A stretch of 64,000 nucleotides of DNA from Octopus sinensis. Its lineage: Eukaryota. Shown here piece after piece: positions 63,090 through 64,000 of the stretch. The stretch covers positions 13,764,001 to 13,828,000 of the forward strand of contig NC_043004.1 in NCBI RefSeq assembly GCF_006345805.1, read 5' to 3'. Under the pieces are notes generated by a model. That model was not told the origin of the DNA. It saw only the letters and a program-made list of their open reading frames with translations, and ran no database searches. Position 1 is the stretch's first letter, and every line of letters begins with the position of its first letter. A program made the position numbers and the translations under genes.

Positions 63090-63676
63090 CTGTCTTCTTC
63101 TTCTTATTCCCTTCATCATCATCTTCTTCTTCTTATTCCTTTCATCATCATCTTCTTCTTCTTATTCCTTTCATCATCATCTTCTTCTTCGTCCCTTCAT
63201 CATCATCTTCTTCTTCTTCCCTTCATCATCATCTTCTTCTTATTTCCTTCATCATCTTCTTCTTCCCTTCATCATCATCTTCTTCTTCTTCTTCTTCGTC
63301 CCTTTATCATCATCTTCTTCTTCTTCCCTTCATCATCATCTTCTTCTTATTCCATTCATCATCATTTTCTTCTTCTTATTCCTTTCATCATCATCTTCTT
63401 CTTCCCTTCATCATCATCTTCTTCTTCTTCCCGTCATCATCATCTTCTTCTTCTTCTTCTTCTTCCCGTCATCATCATCATCTTCTTCTTCTTCCCGTCA
63501 TCATCATCATTCTTCTTCTTCTCGTCATCATCATCATCTTCTTCTTCCCGTCATCTTCTTCTTCTTGTTCTTCTTGTTCTTGTTCTTGTTCTTGTTCTTG
63601 TTCTTCTTCTTCTTCTTCTTCTTCTTCTTCTTCTTCTTCTTCTTCTTCTTCTTCTTCTTCTTCTTCTTCTTCTTCC
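63090..63676. repeat. Compound (TCA)n/(TCT)n low-complexity array grading into pure (TTC)n
   Basis: Read directly from the sequence. Confidence 0.95.
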
Positions 63677-63789
63677 AGTCAGGACTCAACGCCATTATCC
63701 ACAAAGAATAATCTTTAATTCGAGCCTACTTCTAAGCTACTAAGAATGCGTGTGGCAACTTGAAGATCCACCCACCACACGCGGTAGAC

Positions 63790-64000
63790 TGGCGGTTGCA
63801 CGAAAGTTACGTTGTTATCCTCACTCCGTAAACGGTGGCTTTTAACGAGGGGAGAGCTGAATCGTCCTGGGGTACAGACGATTCGCAATCTAGACTAGGG
63901 TCTGAAGGTTTACCACACAATTTAGATTAGGGTCTGAAAGCTACACCATGGTTCCTCTGCTTTGTGGCAGAAGTAGGAAGAAAGAGTGAGAAAAAGTTGT
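63790..64000 (-). mobile_element. Family C SINE 3' part, continuing off the right edge
   Basis: 63805-63860 is the reverse complement of 55075-55135; 63965-64000 matches 15265-15295. Confidence 0.7.

Noticed and set aside
63001-63743. 236/246-aa ORFs, or an acidic protein on the minus strand
   Set aside because: Low-complexity trinucleotide DNA; the minus frames are broken by stops.

Overview
AT-rich, microsatellite- and SINE-dense animal genomic DNA. The repeat landscape resembles octopus (cephalopod), but this is inference. One protein-coding gene is well supported: UCHL5/UCH37 (proteasome-associated deubiquitinase), + strand, 11 coding exons from 16829 to 49626, all introns GT-AG. The hand-spliced CDS is 954 nt (317 aa) with intact Q82/C88/H164/D179. 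The rest is transposon-derived: at least 4 tRNA-headed SINE families, an RTE-tailed element with an internal VNTR, L1/Tx1, RTE and CR1 LINE relics, hAT and DD37D (maT) transposase relics, MITEs, and Helentron/HINE-like elements, one of which hosts a ~2 kb 23-bp minisatellite. The most notable find is three unrelated small intronic elements carrying type I hammerhead-ribozyme-like cores (CUGANGA, stem II, GAAA). All lie on the UCHL5 sense strand and all are partly crippled; two have Penelope-like inverted terminal duplications. Other leads are a candidate in-frame 24-nt UCHL5 micro-exon, a twin-priming-like inverted RTE insertion and a CpG-decay footprint over the gene body. All analysis was by eye; no database searches or folding programs were run.
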